Positions 1-9,299 of a stretch of DNA of 64,000 nt are shown here, piece after piece. The notes beneath the pieces are model-generated. The model was not told the DNA's origin, searched no databases, and saw nothing but the letters and a program-made list of their open reading frames with translations. The position numbers and the translations under genes were made by a program. This stretch comes from Ostreococcus lucimarinus (taxonomy: Eukaryota): NCBI GenBank assembly GCA_000092065.1, contig CP000589.1, one strand, 5' to 3'. The number at the start of each line of letters is the position of its first letter. Positions within the stretch are counted from its first letter, which is position 1.

Positions 1-1154
1 TCAGAGCAGTGGCGCAAGGCACACAACGCGTCAGCGAAGCGCTCACGCCGCAAGAAATTGAAGCGAACGAAGCTAGAGACGCGGCGTCGACGACGTCTTC
101 GTCGGTGGAAAGTGAGACCACAACCGACGAGAGGCAGGCGCAGCTCGACGCGATCGAAGCGTTGGCCGCAAAGCAATCGCAAGAGTTGCTTGAACGCCAA
201 CGCGCGAATCAAGAGCGTTTGAAAAGACTGCAGCTCGAGTACCAAGCCGCCAAGGCGGAGCTCGCAAAGGTTGAAAAGAAAAGCACGGCAAAAATGGCTG
301 CAAAAGTTGTCAAAGTTGACGACCGCGCGACGTCCACCGACGCCGAGGAAGACGAGAAGGAACGCATTCGTTCTGAGACAAACATCATCAAGGCTCGTAC
401 ATCTCTCAAGAAAGCCGCTCAAAAGGCGAAGAGTGACGCCCGAAAGTCTGAAAAAGAAGCGCGCGTACAGGAAAAGCGCCAAGTGGAGGAGACTGGCGTA
501 ACAACTAAGGACGCGGTGAACGGTGCAAATCTCTTCGCCGGCTTCGTCGCCTCGGCGCTTAAAACCGTCGCCACGCTGGGCGGAGCGGAAGTTTTGCGTC
601 GTCGTCAAGAGGCTGATCGCGATGCGTCGAAAGCGCGCTTACTTTTGGAATTGGTGGATGTCGACGGCGGCCGCGAATGTAGTCCAGACACGCTCGAGCG
701 CATCAACGAGGCAATCGCCACGCTCGAGGCGTTGAATCCCACAAAAAAAGGAGCGAAGAGCACTCTGATGCTCGGCCTTTGGAGCTGCGCGTTCACGAAT
801 TGTCCGCAGATTCTGGGAACGGAAGGCATCAACATGATGAAACAGAAGGGCGCGACCACATTCTTTAGCTACGATCTCGACACCGAGCGGTGCGAAATCG
901 ACCGAGGGTGGCCTCTGAGACGTCTGCGAGCGAGCGTATCGTACAGAACTGATTCTTCGTTCGAGCTCGATATTCCCCTGGCTCCCATATCTAAAGTGTT
1001 CGGGATTTCGTTATCCAACGAAGAGCGCAACTACTCCGCCCTGACGGTGACGTATCTCGATCCGGACATGCAAATTTGCCGAGGTCGCGACGATACCGTG
1101 TACGTCTTCGTGCAAAACGACCCGACGCACAGGCTCGATCTCATCGGCGATTAA
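1..1154 (+). CDS. Fibrillin / plastid lipid-associated protein (PAP) domain protein with N-terminal coiled-coil; 5' end probably outside the window
   Basis: The frame is open from the window edge; the track start at 9 is GTG and the first in-frame ATG is at 294. The C-terminal half has fibrillin-type motifs: LLELVDVDGGRECSPDTLERINEAIATLEALNPT, LGLWSCAFTNCPQILG, LTVTYLDPDMQICRGRDDTVYVFV. Stop at 1152-1154. Confidence 0.75.
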   Translation, partial: RAVAQGTQRVSEALTPQEIEANEARDAASTTSSSVESETTTDERQAQLDAIEALAAKQSQELLERQRANQERLKRLQLEYQAAKAELAKVEKKSTAKMAAKVVKVDDRATSTDAEEDEKERIRSETNIIKARTSLKKAAQKAKSDARKSEKEARVQEKRQVEETGVTTKDAVNGANLFAGFVASALKTVATLGGAEVLRRRQEADRDASKARLLLELVDVDGGRECSPDTLERINEAIATLEALNPTKKGAKSTLMLGLWSCAFTNCPQILGTEGINMMKQKGATTFFSYDLDTERCEIDRGWPLRRLRASVSYRTDSSFELDIPLAPISKVFGISLSNEERNYSALTVTYLDPDMQICRGRDDTVYVFVQNDPTHRLDLIGD

Positions 1155-1330
1155 CGCGACGCGCGAAGCGTTCGTTCCTCGCCTCGCCTTAGCTCTCGCG
1201 TTGTGATAGAGGTGCCCGCAATCGTCCCTCAACTCCCCCCCGGTGCCCGGATTTTCAGAGAATCGCGATCGCGCGCAGAACTCGGAGACGAGCGCGCGCC
1301 GGCGCGGCGCCACCGCGCGTCGCGCGCGCG

Positions 1331-3892
1331 ATGTCGAACCCGCTCGAAGAACGCTTCCGCAGGTCATGGTTCGAACACCTCAGTCGCCTTCGAGAAGTCG
1401 AAGCCGCGTGCGCGCCGGAGATCGAAGGCGATCCGGCCCTCCGGTACAGCGTGCCCCGGATCGTCTGCATCGGTGAAGAGTCCTCTGGGAAATCCTCCAC
1501 GCTCGAGCGCGTGGCGATGATGAGCGTGTTTCCGAGCGACGAGAGACTGTGCACGCGGGTGCCGATCGAGCTGCGGCTGAGGCATCGCGATCGGGAGAGT
1601 TTGGCAAAGGAGGAAGAGCGGTTTAGGGACGGGTACGTCGTCATGAAAATGGCGCCGGGCGAGGATTCCAAGTTAAACGCGGACGTTTCCTCACAGATGC
1701 ATCCCGATGAAGTTCCGGCGCAAGTTCGCACGTGGATGGAAGAGCTAGTCGCGGCGGCGAACGGCAAAGTGACGGGCGTGACGGATGACCGGATAATCAT
1801 CGAGCTGTACTCTCCGCTGTGCGTCAACCTGGATTTGATCGATTTACCTGGGATCGTGGCTGGGAGCATACCAGGGGAGCCTACGGACATGATGGACCGC
1901 ACGAGAAATCTATCGGCATCGTTCTTGAATGATAAGGCGCATCCACATACGTTTGTCATCGCCGTCGCATCGGCGCGCGAGGCGAGAATTCGTAACTCGC
2001 AAGCGATGGAATTGGTGCAGCGTTACAATAAAGTGCAATTCACTATTGGTGCTTTGACGATGGCGGATCTTTCAGCAGACAGTCGCCGTGAATCACCATA
2101 TACGAGACTGATCGAACGTTTGAATGCACAAGCGGACGATACGCCGGAGCTCGGTCTTGGGTACGTGGCTCTCAAGAATCGCGACACCGTTACGGCGACA
2201 CGAGAAAACCAATCGAGAGAAGAACTCGAGAAGGCCAACCAAGATGAAAAAGAATGGTTTGCTGAGCATCTTTCCGGACATACTGAACGCTGTGGCATTG
2301 AAAGTCTCGTCGATAGACTCGTGCAAAAAGTTGACGAGTACACCAGGGGGCCATGGATCGTAGCCGAGCGCGAGCGCATCGAGACTGAGCTCGTGAAAGT
2401 GCGACAAGAATTAAGCGACATGGGCGAGTTCCTGCCGAACGATTTGAATGAACTTATTTCTTACTTTTCCAGTGAGATAGAGAAGCAGTGTAAACCTTCG
2501 TTTGAAACACTTCTTGAGTTTGTTCCAACGGTGACATCCGGCAGCGCCGGACTGCAAGATATCTACGACGCCGCAAACTTTACGATTTGGCAACACAGCG
2601 ATATCCACTCGCTAATGCCGTCAATTTCTCCAACCACTTTAAAGACATTCGACGGTCGAATGTTCTACGGCGAACCCACCTTTACAAAAAGATGGTCGCC
2701 GTTTGTGAAAATCACGCACAAACATCTTTTTGGGCAAGACACGCAGACACCTGAGACACCGTCCCATGCCTCATCAAATGGCGTTTGGACAATGCGGCGT
2801 GACGCTATAAACACAATTTCAGATCACTTCAATCAGACTTTTTGTAACGGTAGCCTGCTATTCGTTGGCCGACGTTGCTCATACGACGACGATGGTTGCG
2901 GTGGTGACAAGTTGGTTGGATTCTTTATCACACAGGACATGATACAACAAAGAAGACACGATATTCAGACCATGTTGGCGGCGTTGGGCAAGCGTGTGCC
3001 AACAGACAACCGTTCTCCTTGGACGAAGAGAGAGAACCATGAGAGCGATTCTCAGGATTCGAATTCTCAGTCACCAAATAATGTTGGAACAGGCACTGGT
3101 TTTGATTTTGCTCCGAACCTTTTTACTCAGCGTGCAGAGCGCGGACCGTTTCGTCGCGCGCGACGTTCAACGCGCGGCGGTCTCGAACAAGATGGGGAAG
3201 TAGTTGTTCTTTACCACCCTGCACGACCAGCTTTCAGAGCGAAGTTAGAGATATCTGAGGACCTGGAGAAATATTATGAGAACGTCTTGCATCTGCGCGA
3301 GTCTGTCGTTCGGATTTTCCAGACGAATGCTCGCGCCTTCTTTAAATCATCAATCACGGACGTATTGGACGTTCTGAAAGCAAAGGATGCGCGATTTTCT
3401 GTGTTTTTCGAATCGCTCTCTGTGATTCTTGATGATTGGTGCGAGGTGTGTGTTCGGAACGTAACCACTGAATTTGCTGAGTGGCTTACGAGGACAGGAG
3501 CCGTATCAGAGAATCGTGATGCGCATTTTCAAATCACCGCTTCGTATTTTACTAACTCGATAACACGCAAAATGCGCGAAATGATATTCTTTCATTACGC
3601 TGATTCAAGCATTGCCAAAGTTTTCGAATCAGGCGAGCTCAATGAAATCATGCGGCGGCACTGCGACGAGCATAACATCGATGTAGACGATCTTTACGTT
3701 GAAAACTGTGTTGAACAGCGTAAGAAAGCGGTGATGAAAATGGAAATGCTGACAACCATGAAGAACAGCCTACATCAAATATTTACGAGTGAAGTGGACG
3801 AACAAAGTAACGAACAACTTCCAAACACGCCAGAAGCAGATGCGGCACCTGTCCCGACTCTCTCGCACTCTCTCAGTCGAACTTCGATCTGA
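1331..3892 (+). CDS. Dynamin-family large GTPase, divergent (853 aa)
   Basis: ATG at 1331. G1 P-loop is IGEESSGKSSTLE (compare dynamin GxQSxGKSSVLE). G3 is DLIDLPG and the G4-like motif is TMADL. A long helical C-terminal region follows. Confidence 0.8.
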   Translation: MSNPLEERFRRSWFEHLSRLREVEAACAPEIEGDPALRYSVPRIVCIGEESSGKSSTLERVAMMSVFPSDERLCTRVPIELRLRHRDRESLAKEEERFRDGYVVMKMAPGEDSKLNADVSSQMHPDEVPAQVRTWMEELVAAANGKVTGVTDDRIIIELYSPLCVNLDLIDLPGIVAGSIPGEPTDMMDRTRNLSASFLNDKAHPHTFVIAVASAREARIRNSQAMELVQRYNKVQFTIGALTMADLSADSRRESPYTRLIERLNAQADDTPELGLGYVALKNRDTVTATRENQSREELEKANQDEKEWFAEHLSGHTERCGIESLVDRLVQKVDEYTRGPWIVAERERIETELVKVRQELSDMGEFLPNDLNELISYFSSEIEKQCKPSFETLLEFVPTVTSGSAGLQDIYDAANFTIWQHSDIHSLMPSISPTTLKTFDGRMFYGEPTFTKRWSPFVKITHKHLFGQDTQTPETPSHASSNGVWTMRRDAINTISDHFNQTFCNGSLLFVGRRCSYDDDGCGGDKLVGFFITQDMIQQRRHDIQTMLAALGKRVPTDNRSPWTKRENHESDSQDSNSQSPNNVGTGTGFDFAPNLFTQRAERGPFRRARRSTRGGLEQDGEVVVLYHPARPAFRAKLEISEDLEKYYENVLHLRESVVRIFQTNARAFFKSSITDVLDVLKAKDARFSVFFESLSVILDDWCEVCVRNVTTEFAEWLTRTGAVSENRDAHFQITASYFTNSITRKMREMIFFHYADSSIAKVFESGELNEIMRRHCDEHNIDVDDLYVENCVEQRKKAVMKMEMLTTMKNSLHQIFTSEVDEQSNEQLPNTPEADAAPVPTLSHSLSRTSI

Positions 3893-3969
3893 TACTTTTG
3901 TGGAACCCGTGGAGTAAAGAGTCGTAACAACAATGAATCAAATATACAACATGTTTTCTATGTTTTCTT

Positions 3970-5787
3970 CTACAAAAGTCCCGCGCGCGTTATCTCGAGC
4001 AACTCGTCCCCTGGCGCCGAGCGCACGTGAAAGTTCACCAGCGTCGGTTGCATGTACGCGATGGAAATGGACATCGCGAACGGGTACACGGGATGAAAAA
4101 CGTACTGCACGCGTCGCTTGCTTCGTCCGTTATTCGCCAGGGAGTTGTTCAGCATTAACTTGAAACTCACGCGACGCCGTTGACCCTGTTGCGCGCTGAC
4201 GAATTTAATGCCAAAGTCCACGTGCGGCTGCAAGCGGTCGATGGCGGTGATCGTGCGCTCGTCGTAAGAGAAGAGCCTCTTGTCAAAGTACGGCGACAGC
4301 GACCTGAACTGCGGTGGGTAATCTTGCGTACGGAACAAGCGCGTGGCGATGGTGTTGAACGCATCCTCATCGTCGTCATCGATCTCCGCCGTGGACGTGT
4401 TACACACAGCCAGCGCCTCTCCTTGGCTCCCCGCGAAGCGCGCCCAGGGAAAATCGCCGCGCGGCGGAGCGTTTAACTCTTCGTCCACCATTCCATTCGT
4501 ATCGCTCATGCTCGTCGCCGTCTGCGTAAATGCATTCTTACTCAGATCGAAGACACCATACATCGTCGGCCCGATGACGTTGTCCCCGCGCCGCGCCAGC
4601 GCGTACTCGGGCGTGCCAAACTTGATGAGGAGCAAATTCGCGTCCAGGATGCGCACGCGAAGCATCACCAACGACACGTATCGCTCAAAGTTTCGGTGCA
4701 ACAGTCGCAGCGCGTCCGGGCTCGACGATCGTCGCGCGTCGTGATATAACGATGTCACCAAACGCTGCGTCAATCCGGTGAGCATCGACCGCCCCGAGGC
4801 GGCGAATCCCGTCGCGCGCGTTCGCGCCTTCTCCGCCGCTTGCGGTTCGGCGTCCATCCAAGCCCGCTCGCGCGCGTCTTGTGCGGCTACAGTTTCCTTG
4901 TCCTCGTTCGTGATGTGCTCACCGATCGATGCGACTTCTTCGAATCGTCCCTCTTCGTGCACTCGCAGAAAAATCACGCGCTGATGCTTCATCGACAACA
5001 CCGCGAGCGTGTCGCCTCGAAGACTCACCGCGCCGTTCCGCGGCAGGTGCATGAAATCGTCTCGAAACGTGAACGAGTCCAATTTCTCGCCCGTCTTCGT
5101 GCGCACGAGATGTAACACGATGCGCTGCATCGAAGGCGCTCCCGAAATCCCGCCCGACGTCTCCTGCGTCTCCGTTCCGCGTCGCCCTCTCGCTCGCGCC
5201 GCCGCTCGCGCCGGCGCCCCGTCTTCGTCCTCTCGCATCGCCCCTCCCGCGGCGACCGACGACCCATCCAACGGCGTCGCGCTCGCCGCGACGATGTACT
5301 CCCCATCGTGCACCTCGAGCATGAAATCCTTCACGATCGCGTCGTCTCCATCGCTCAGATGCGTCGTCCACTTCTCTTCAAAGTACGACCAAAACGATCC
5401 CATCGCCCGCTCCGTCGCCTCGCTCGCCACCACCTCCCCTCGCTTATCCCGCCTCAGGCACGCCCGCATTCCCCTGAACGCGTACCCCACCAGCTCTTGC
5501 TGATGTCTCGACACGCACAGCAGCATCGACCCGTCGTTCGTGAACTTTCTCGGCGCCACGTCGGGAAAATCGCACACGCGACACGTCGCGTTCGGCGTCA
5601 CCCCGCTCGCGTACACTCGCCGCGCGTTCGCGTGATCGTTCCCCGCGCCTCGTCCCAGCGCCGCGCGATCGAGCGTCCACCTGAAGACGCTCGCGCGCGA
5701 CGTCTCCGCGTCGCCGTCGCGTCTTCCGCGCGCCATCCCGTCGCCATCGTCGCCGTCGTCGTCGTCGCGCCGCCGCTTCTTATCCAT
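3970..5787 (-). CDS. DET1: DET1 (de-etiolated 1) homologue, 605 aa
   Basis: Minus-strand ATG at 5787 (MDKKRRRDDDD). DET1-like along its length: ARRVYASGVTPNATCRVCDFPDVAPRKFTNDGSMLLCVSRHQQELVGY matches the plant RKFTEDG..ISFSRNHQELIVY block. The C-terminus has YFDKRLFSYDERTITAIDRLQP ... VFHPVYPFAMSI ... VNFHVR. The 410 extra codons in track ORF 3970..7017 are Arg/Ala low complexity overlapping the opposite-strand GT gene. Confidence 0.88.
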   Translation of the reverse strand: MDKKRRRDDDDGDDGDGMARGRRDGDAETSRASVFRWTLDRAALGRGAGNDHANARRVYASGVTPNATCRVCDFPDVAPRKFTNDGSMLLCVSRHQQELVGYAFRGMRACLRRDKRGEVVASEATERAMGSFWSYFEEKWTTHLSDGDDAIVKDFMLEVHDGEYIVAASATPLDGSSVAAGGAMREDEDGAPARAAARARGRRGTETQETSGGISGAPSMQRIVLHLVRTKTGEKLDSFTFRDDFMHLPRNGAVSLRGDTLAVLSMKHQRVIFLRVHEEGRFEEVASIGEHITNEDKETVAAQDARERAWMDAEPQAAEKARTRATGFAASGRSMLTGLTQRLVTSLYHDARRSSSPDALRLLHRNFERYVSLVMLRVRILDANLLLIKFGTPEYALARRGDNVIGPTMYGVFDLSKNAFTQTATSMSDTNGMVDEELNAPPRGDFPWARFAGSQGEALAVCNTSTAEIDDDDEDAFNTIATRLFRTQDYPPQFRSLSPYFDKRLFSYDERTITAIDRLQPHVDFGIKFVSAQQGQRRRVSFKLMLNNSLANNGRSKRRVQYVFHPVYPFAMSISIAYMQPTLVNFHVRSAPGDELLEITRAGLL

Positions 5788-6184
5788 CGCGTCGTCGCCT
5801 CGCGCGCGCGGTCGCGGTGCGCCGTCGTCGCGCGCGCGCGCTCGCTCGCGCGTCGCCTCGCGCGACGCGTCGCGCGCGCGGCGTATCGTATTTTCGCGCG
5901 CTCGGCGTTCGCGTCGCGCGCGTCGCGCGCGGTCGCGCGCGCGGTGTGCGGCGCCGACGCGACGACCGACGTCACCGCGGGACGTTTCGAGCGTTTCGCC
6001 GTCGATTCGCGTCGACGCGCGCGTCGCGACGCGCGCGACGCGAACGCGCGCGCGCGCGCGGTCCGCGACGGAGAAAAATTTCGCGCGCGCGGTCGCGCGC
6101 CGTCGCGCGCGGACGCGCGTCGCGCGCGCGTCGCGACGCGTCGCGACGCGCCGTCGTCGCGAATGCGCGAATTCGCGACGCGCG

Positions 6185-7615
6185 ATGCGATCCGCGTCCG
6201 CGCGCGTCGCGCGATCCGCGACGCGCGGCGCGCGGTGTCGACGCCGACGCGCGCGCGTCGCGCGATCGACGCGCGCCGCGAGGCCGACGGCGCCGTCGAT
6301 CGCGTTCGTCGGGTGGGAGTGGATCGAACCGTCGTCCTCGGCGGCGGGCGCGCGGTCCGTCGCGCTCGTCGCGGAGGCGCTGCGGCGAGGGTGGCGCGTG
6401 ACGTGCGTCGCCAGCGCGGAGGCGCGCGCGGGGCAGGAGGACGCGCTCCGCGCGATGGGCGCCGAGACGCGCCGGATGAAGGCGAATCGAGGGGATGAAT
6501 TGCGCGCGCTCGTCGAGGCGGCGAGACCGGATTGCGTCGTGTTCGATAGGTTCCTCGCGGAGGAGGCGTACGCGGGGAGGCTGCGGGAGATCGCGCCGAG
6601 CGTGGTGCGAGTGCTCGACATGCAGGACGCGCACGCGCTGCGAAGGGCGAGGGAACGCGCGGCGAAGGCGGCGAAGACGCGCGGCGAAGACGCGGCGAAG
6701 GAGGTTTTGAAGAGCGCGCCGAACGCGAGGGACGAGGATTTGATGCGCGAGATCGCGAGCGTGCAGAGGAGCGATTTAACTCTGGTGTGCTCGCCCGTGG
6801 AAAAGGAGTGGTTGACGCGCGAGTGCGGCGTGGCGGAGAGGAAATTACGCTTGGCGTCCTTCTTCGTCGATTCCGTCGACGCCGAGGCGATGAAGAGGGA
6901 TTTTAGCGCGCGGAAGGATTTCGCCACCATCGGTACGTTCATGCATAAACCAAACGTAGATTCTGTAGAGTGGTTGTGCGAAGAGGTGTGGCCGTTGGTG
7001 CGCAAACAGCTCCCCAACGCGACGATGCGCGTGTACGGATCTTACGCCACCGAAAACCATCGTCGACGATTTCACAAACCAGCGCAAGGATTCTTGTTCG
7101 AAGGTTTCGCGGAGGACTTGGGCGAGACGTTGCGCGCGCATCGCGTGTTGCTCGCCCCGCTTCGGTTCGGCGCCGGTATCAAAGGCAAGATTCTCGACGC
7201 GTGGCGATACGGATTACCCGCGTGCACGACGCCCATCGGCTCCGAGGGATGCGTGCCGGACGTCGTCGAGTTTTGGTCGCCCACTTCGAGCGCGCCGATA
7301 GACCCCGAGCACGGGTGGGGCGGGTTTGGCGATTTCACAAACCCGCAAGATATCGCCGACGCCGCCGTTCGTCTTCACGAAGACGAAAATTTGTGGCGTC
7401 TCGCTCGCGGAAACGGCGCCGACCTCCTCGATCGCCTCTTCTCCGCCCGCGTCAACTTACCCGACGTCTTCGACGCCATCGAGCGCGTCATCGACGATGT
7501 CGATGCCGTTCGAGACGCGGATTATTTCGGCCAGTGCTTATGGCGAGAAGACGTGCGTTCGACGACGTACTTTTCCAAATGGATCGAAGCGAAAGAAACC
7601 GGCGCGACGAATTAG
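6185..7615 (+). CDS. Group-1 (GT-B fold) glycosyltransferase, 476 aa
   Basis: ATG at 6185. N-terminal Rossmann-like IAFVGWEW..AGARSVALVAEALRRGWRV. C-terminal GT1 signature region VLLAPLRFGAGIKGKILDAWRYGLPACTTPIGSEG. Confidence 0.8.
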   Translation: MRSASARVARSATRGARCRRRRARVARSTRAARPTAPSIAFVGWEWIEPSSSAAGARSVALVAEALRRGWRVTCVASAEARAGQEDALRAMGAETRRMKANRGDELRALVEAARPDCVVFDRFLAEEAYAGRLREIAPSVVRVLDMQDAHALRRARERAAKAAKTRGEDAAKEVLKSAPNARDEDLMREIASVQRSDLTLVCSPVEKEWLTRECGVAERKLRLASFFVDSVDAEAMKRDFSARKDFATIGTFMHKPNVDSVEWLCEEVWPLVRKQLPNATMRVYGSYATENHRRRFHKPAQGFLFEGFAEDLGETLRAHRVLLAPLRFGAGIKGKILDAWRYGLPACTTPIGSEGCVPDVVEFWSPTSSAPIDPEHGWGGFGDFTNPQDIADAAVRLHEDENLWRLARGNGADLLDRLFSARVNLPDVFDAIERVIDDVDAVRDADYFGQCLWREDVRSTTYFSKWIEAKETGATN

Positions 7616-7654
7616 TTTCTAGTCTTGAATTGTATCGTGATAGATGGTCGTTAA

Positions 7655-9139
7655 TTAAATCGTGCAAATCGGGTTGTTCTTCACCGACGTGATTTGCATC
7701 TTCGAGCCGAACAAGTCGCGAATGTTGTCGATGCCGTACATGATCATCGTCGGTCGCTCGAGCGAGAGACCCCAGGCGATGACGTTGACGTCCTCGGGCA
7801 GACCCATCGGCTCGAGCATCTCCGGACGAAACATCCCGGAGTTACCGACCTCGACCCACTTGTCGAGCATCGGGTGGAAGGCGAAAATTTCCATTGAAGG
7901 CTCGGTGTACGGGTTGAACGCGGGCTTGAATCGAAGCTGCGTCATCCCGAGACGCTCAAAGAATTGATACAACACGCCGATGAGATCGCCGAGCGTGAGA
8001 TCTTTGTCGCAAATAACACCCTCGACTTGGTGGAACTCGGCGAGGTGCGTGCGATCGACGGCTTCGTTGCGAAACACGCGATCGATGGAGAACATTCGCG
8101 CCGGCTTGAAACCGGTTTGCGCGATGTCGTACAGCATGCGCGCGCTCACCGCGGTGGTGTGCGTGCGAAGAATATTCTTATCCGCCTCTGCGCGCTTCCA
8201 CGCGTACTGATGACCGATCGAACCGTTCCCCCCGGTCTCGTGCATCTTACGCACGCGTTCCACGTAATCCTCCGGCGCAAAGTTCATCGTCGCCGGCGTC
8301 TTCATAAAAAACGTGTCGTGCGCGTCTCGCGCCGGGTGCTGTTGCGGTTGAATCAGCGTGTCAAAATTCCAAAATCCACTCTCCACGAAGTTATTCGTCG
8401 GCATCTCCGAGAACCCCAACGAGAAGAAAATCTCCCGAAACGCCTGTCGAACCTTGAGCAACGGGTGCACGTGCCCGCTCGCCGGCTGCGCCCCCGCCCC
8501 CGGCACCAAATTATACGCCTTAAACGCCTGTCCCCTCCACGACCCTTCATTCATCATCTCCTTCGTCAAATCCGCCGGCAGCACCTTGCGCTCGAGCGCG
8601 AACTCCGCCCCCTTCGTCAATTCGTACTCTTTCCACCGCTCCTCCTTGGCCAATTTTCGCTTCTTCGTCAGCGTCTCCAGCGTCTTCGCATCCACGGTTT
8701 CTCCACCCCTCAGCGCTCGCAGCGCCTCCCGCACGTCATCCTCGATCGTCTCCACCCGTCGCTCCACCCTCGGCGTCGCTCCCTTCACCATCGCCAACCA
8801 ATTCCTTTGCATCGCCTGCTTGAACCCGACGTCCGCCGCCCCCGGTCCCGCGCGCGTCCTGAACGCGTCCAGCTCGATCCCCTCCTCCGGCACGCACGCG
8901 AACGCGCGCGCCTCGGGCGATCCCTCATCGACGCACCGCTCGCCCTCCGCCGTCAGCGTCGTCCTGGAGCGCTCGATCGCGCGCGCGACGACCATGTTCG
9001 CCGCCGTCAGCCGCTTGACGACGCCGACGACCGCCTGATGATCGACGCCGTGGCGCGCGCTCGCGGACGCGGTGTCCGCGATGCCGTCGCGGGCGATCGC
9101 GGCGAGGACATCGCGCTCGATCGCGTCGGCGTCGGACAT
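7655..9139 (-). CDS. FARSA: Cytosolic phenylalanyl-tRNA synthetase alpha subunit, 494 aa
   Basis: Minus-strand ATG at 9139 (MSDADAIERD). Class II aaRS blocks: HPLLKVRQAFREIFFSLGF, QPQQHPARDAHDTFF, RTHTTAVSARML, FSIDRVFRNE..THLAEFHQVEG, GNSGMFRPEML..AWGLSLERPTMI. The track extension to 9565 is low complexity. Confidence 0.93.
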   Translation of the reverse strand: MSDADAIERDVLAAIARDGIADTASASARHGVDHQAVVGVVKRLTAANMVVARAIERSRTTLTAEGERCVDEGSPEARAFACVPEEGIELDAFRTRAGPGAADVGFKQAMQRNWLAMVKGATPRVERRVETIEDDVREALRALRGGETVDAKTLETLTKKRKLAKEERWKEYELTKGAEFALERKVLPADLTKEMMNEGSWRGQAFKAYNLVPGAGAQPASGHVHPLLKVRQAFREIFFSLGFSEMPTNNFVESGFWNFDTLIQPQQHPARDAHDTFFMKTPATMNFAPEDYVERVRKMHETGGNGSIGHQYAWKRAEADKNILRTHTTAVSARMLYDIAQTGFKPARMFSIDRVFRNEAVDRTHLAEFHQVEGVICDKDLTLGDLIGVLYQFFERLGMTQLRFKPAFNPYTEPSMEIFAFHPMLDKWVEVGNSGMFRPEMLEPMGLPEDVNVIAWGLSLERPTMIMYGIDNIRDLFGSKMQITSVKNNPICTI

Positions 9140-9299
9140 CGTCCGCGGCTCGCGCGCGGCTCGAGCGTCGCGCGATGGCGCGCGATGGCGGATCGACAGA
9201 CCCTCGAACGCGCCATCGACGGTTCGTGACTCAAGAAGAGAGGGGGTCGACGACGCGGGCACGCGACGCACCGCATCGGCGCGACCGCAGACGGCGACG

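Noticed and set aside
1364-1376. A tRNA T-arm-like GGTTCGAAC string.
   Set aside because: It lies inside the dynamin-like CDS (codons for W-F-E-H). No acceptor or anticodon stems can be drawn around it. No other tRNA-like sequence was found in the spacers.
6166-6177. The perfect 12-bp palindrome CGCGAATTCGCG just upstream of the GT start codon.
   Set aside because: Short CG-rich palindromes are expected by chance in CGCG-type spacers. It recurs nowhere else and has no flanking structure, so no function can be argued.
5788-7017. The N-terminal 410 codons of the 1015-aa minus-strand track ORF 3970..7017.
   Set aside because: The composition is Arg/Ala/Asp low complexity and it runs through the CG-only spacer. 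It is antisense to the well-supported glycosyltransferase gene (6185-7615). DET1 homology begins only after the ATG at 5787.
7964-9229. A 421-aa plus-strand ORF; also 24650..26179 (+, 509 aa), 19398..20207 (-, 269 aa) and 22202..23374 (-, 390 aa).
   Set aside because: Each lies antisense to a gene with strong family motifs or better codon structure: PheRS alpha, the MFS transporter, the IPT/TIG protein and the torsin-like protein. This is typical of high-GC genomes.
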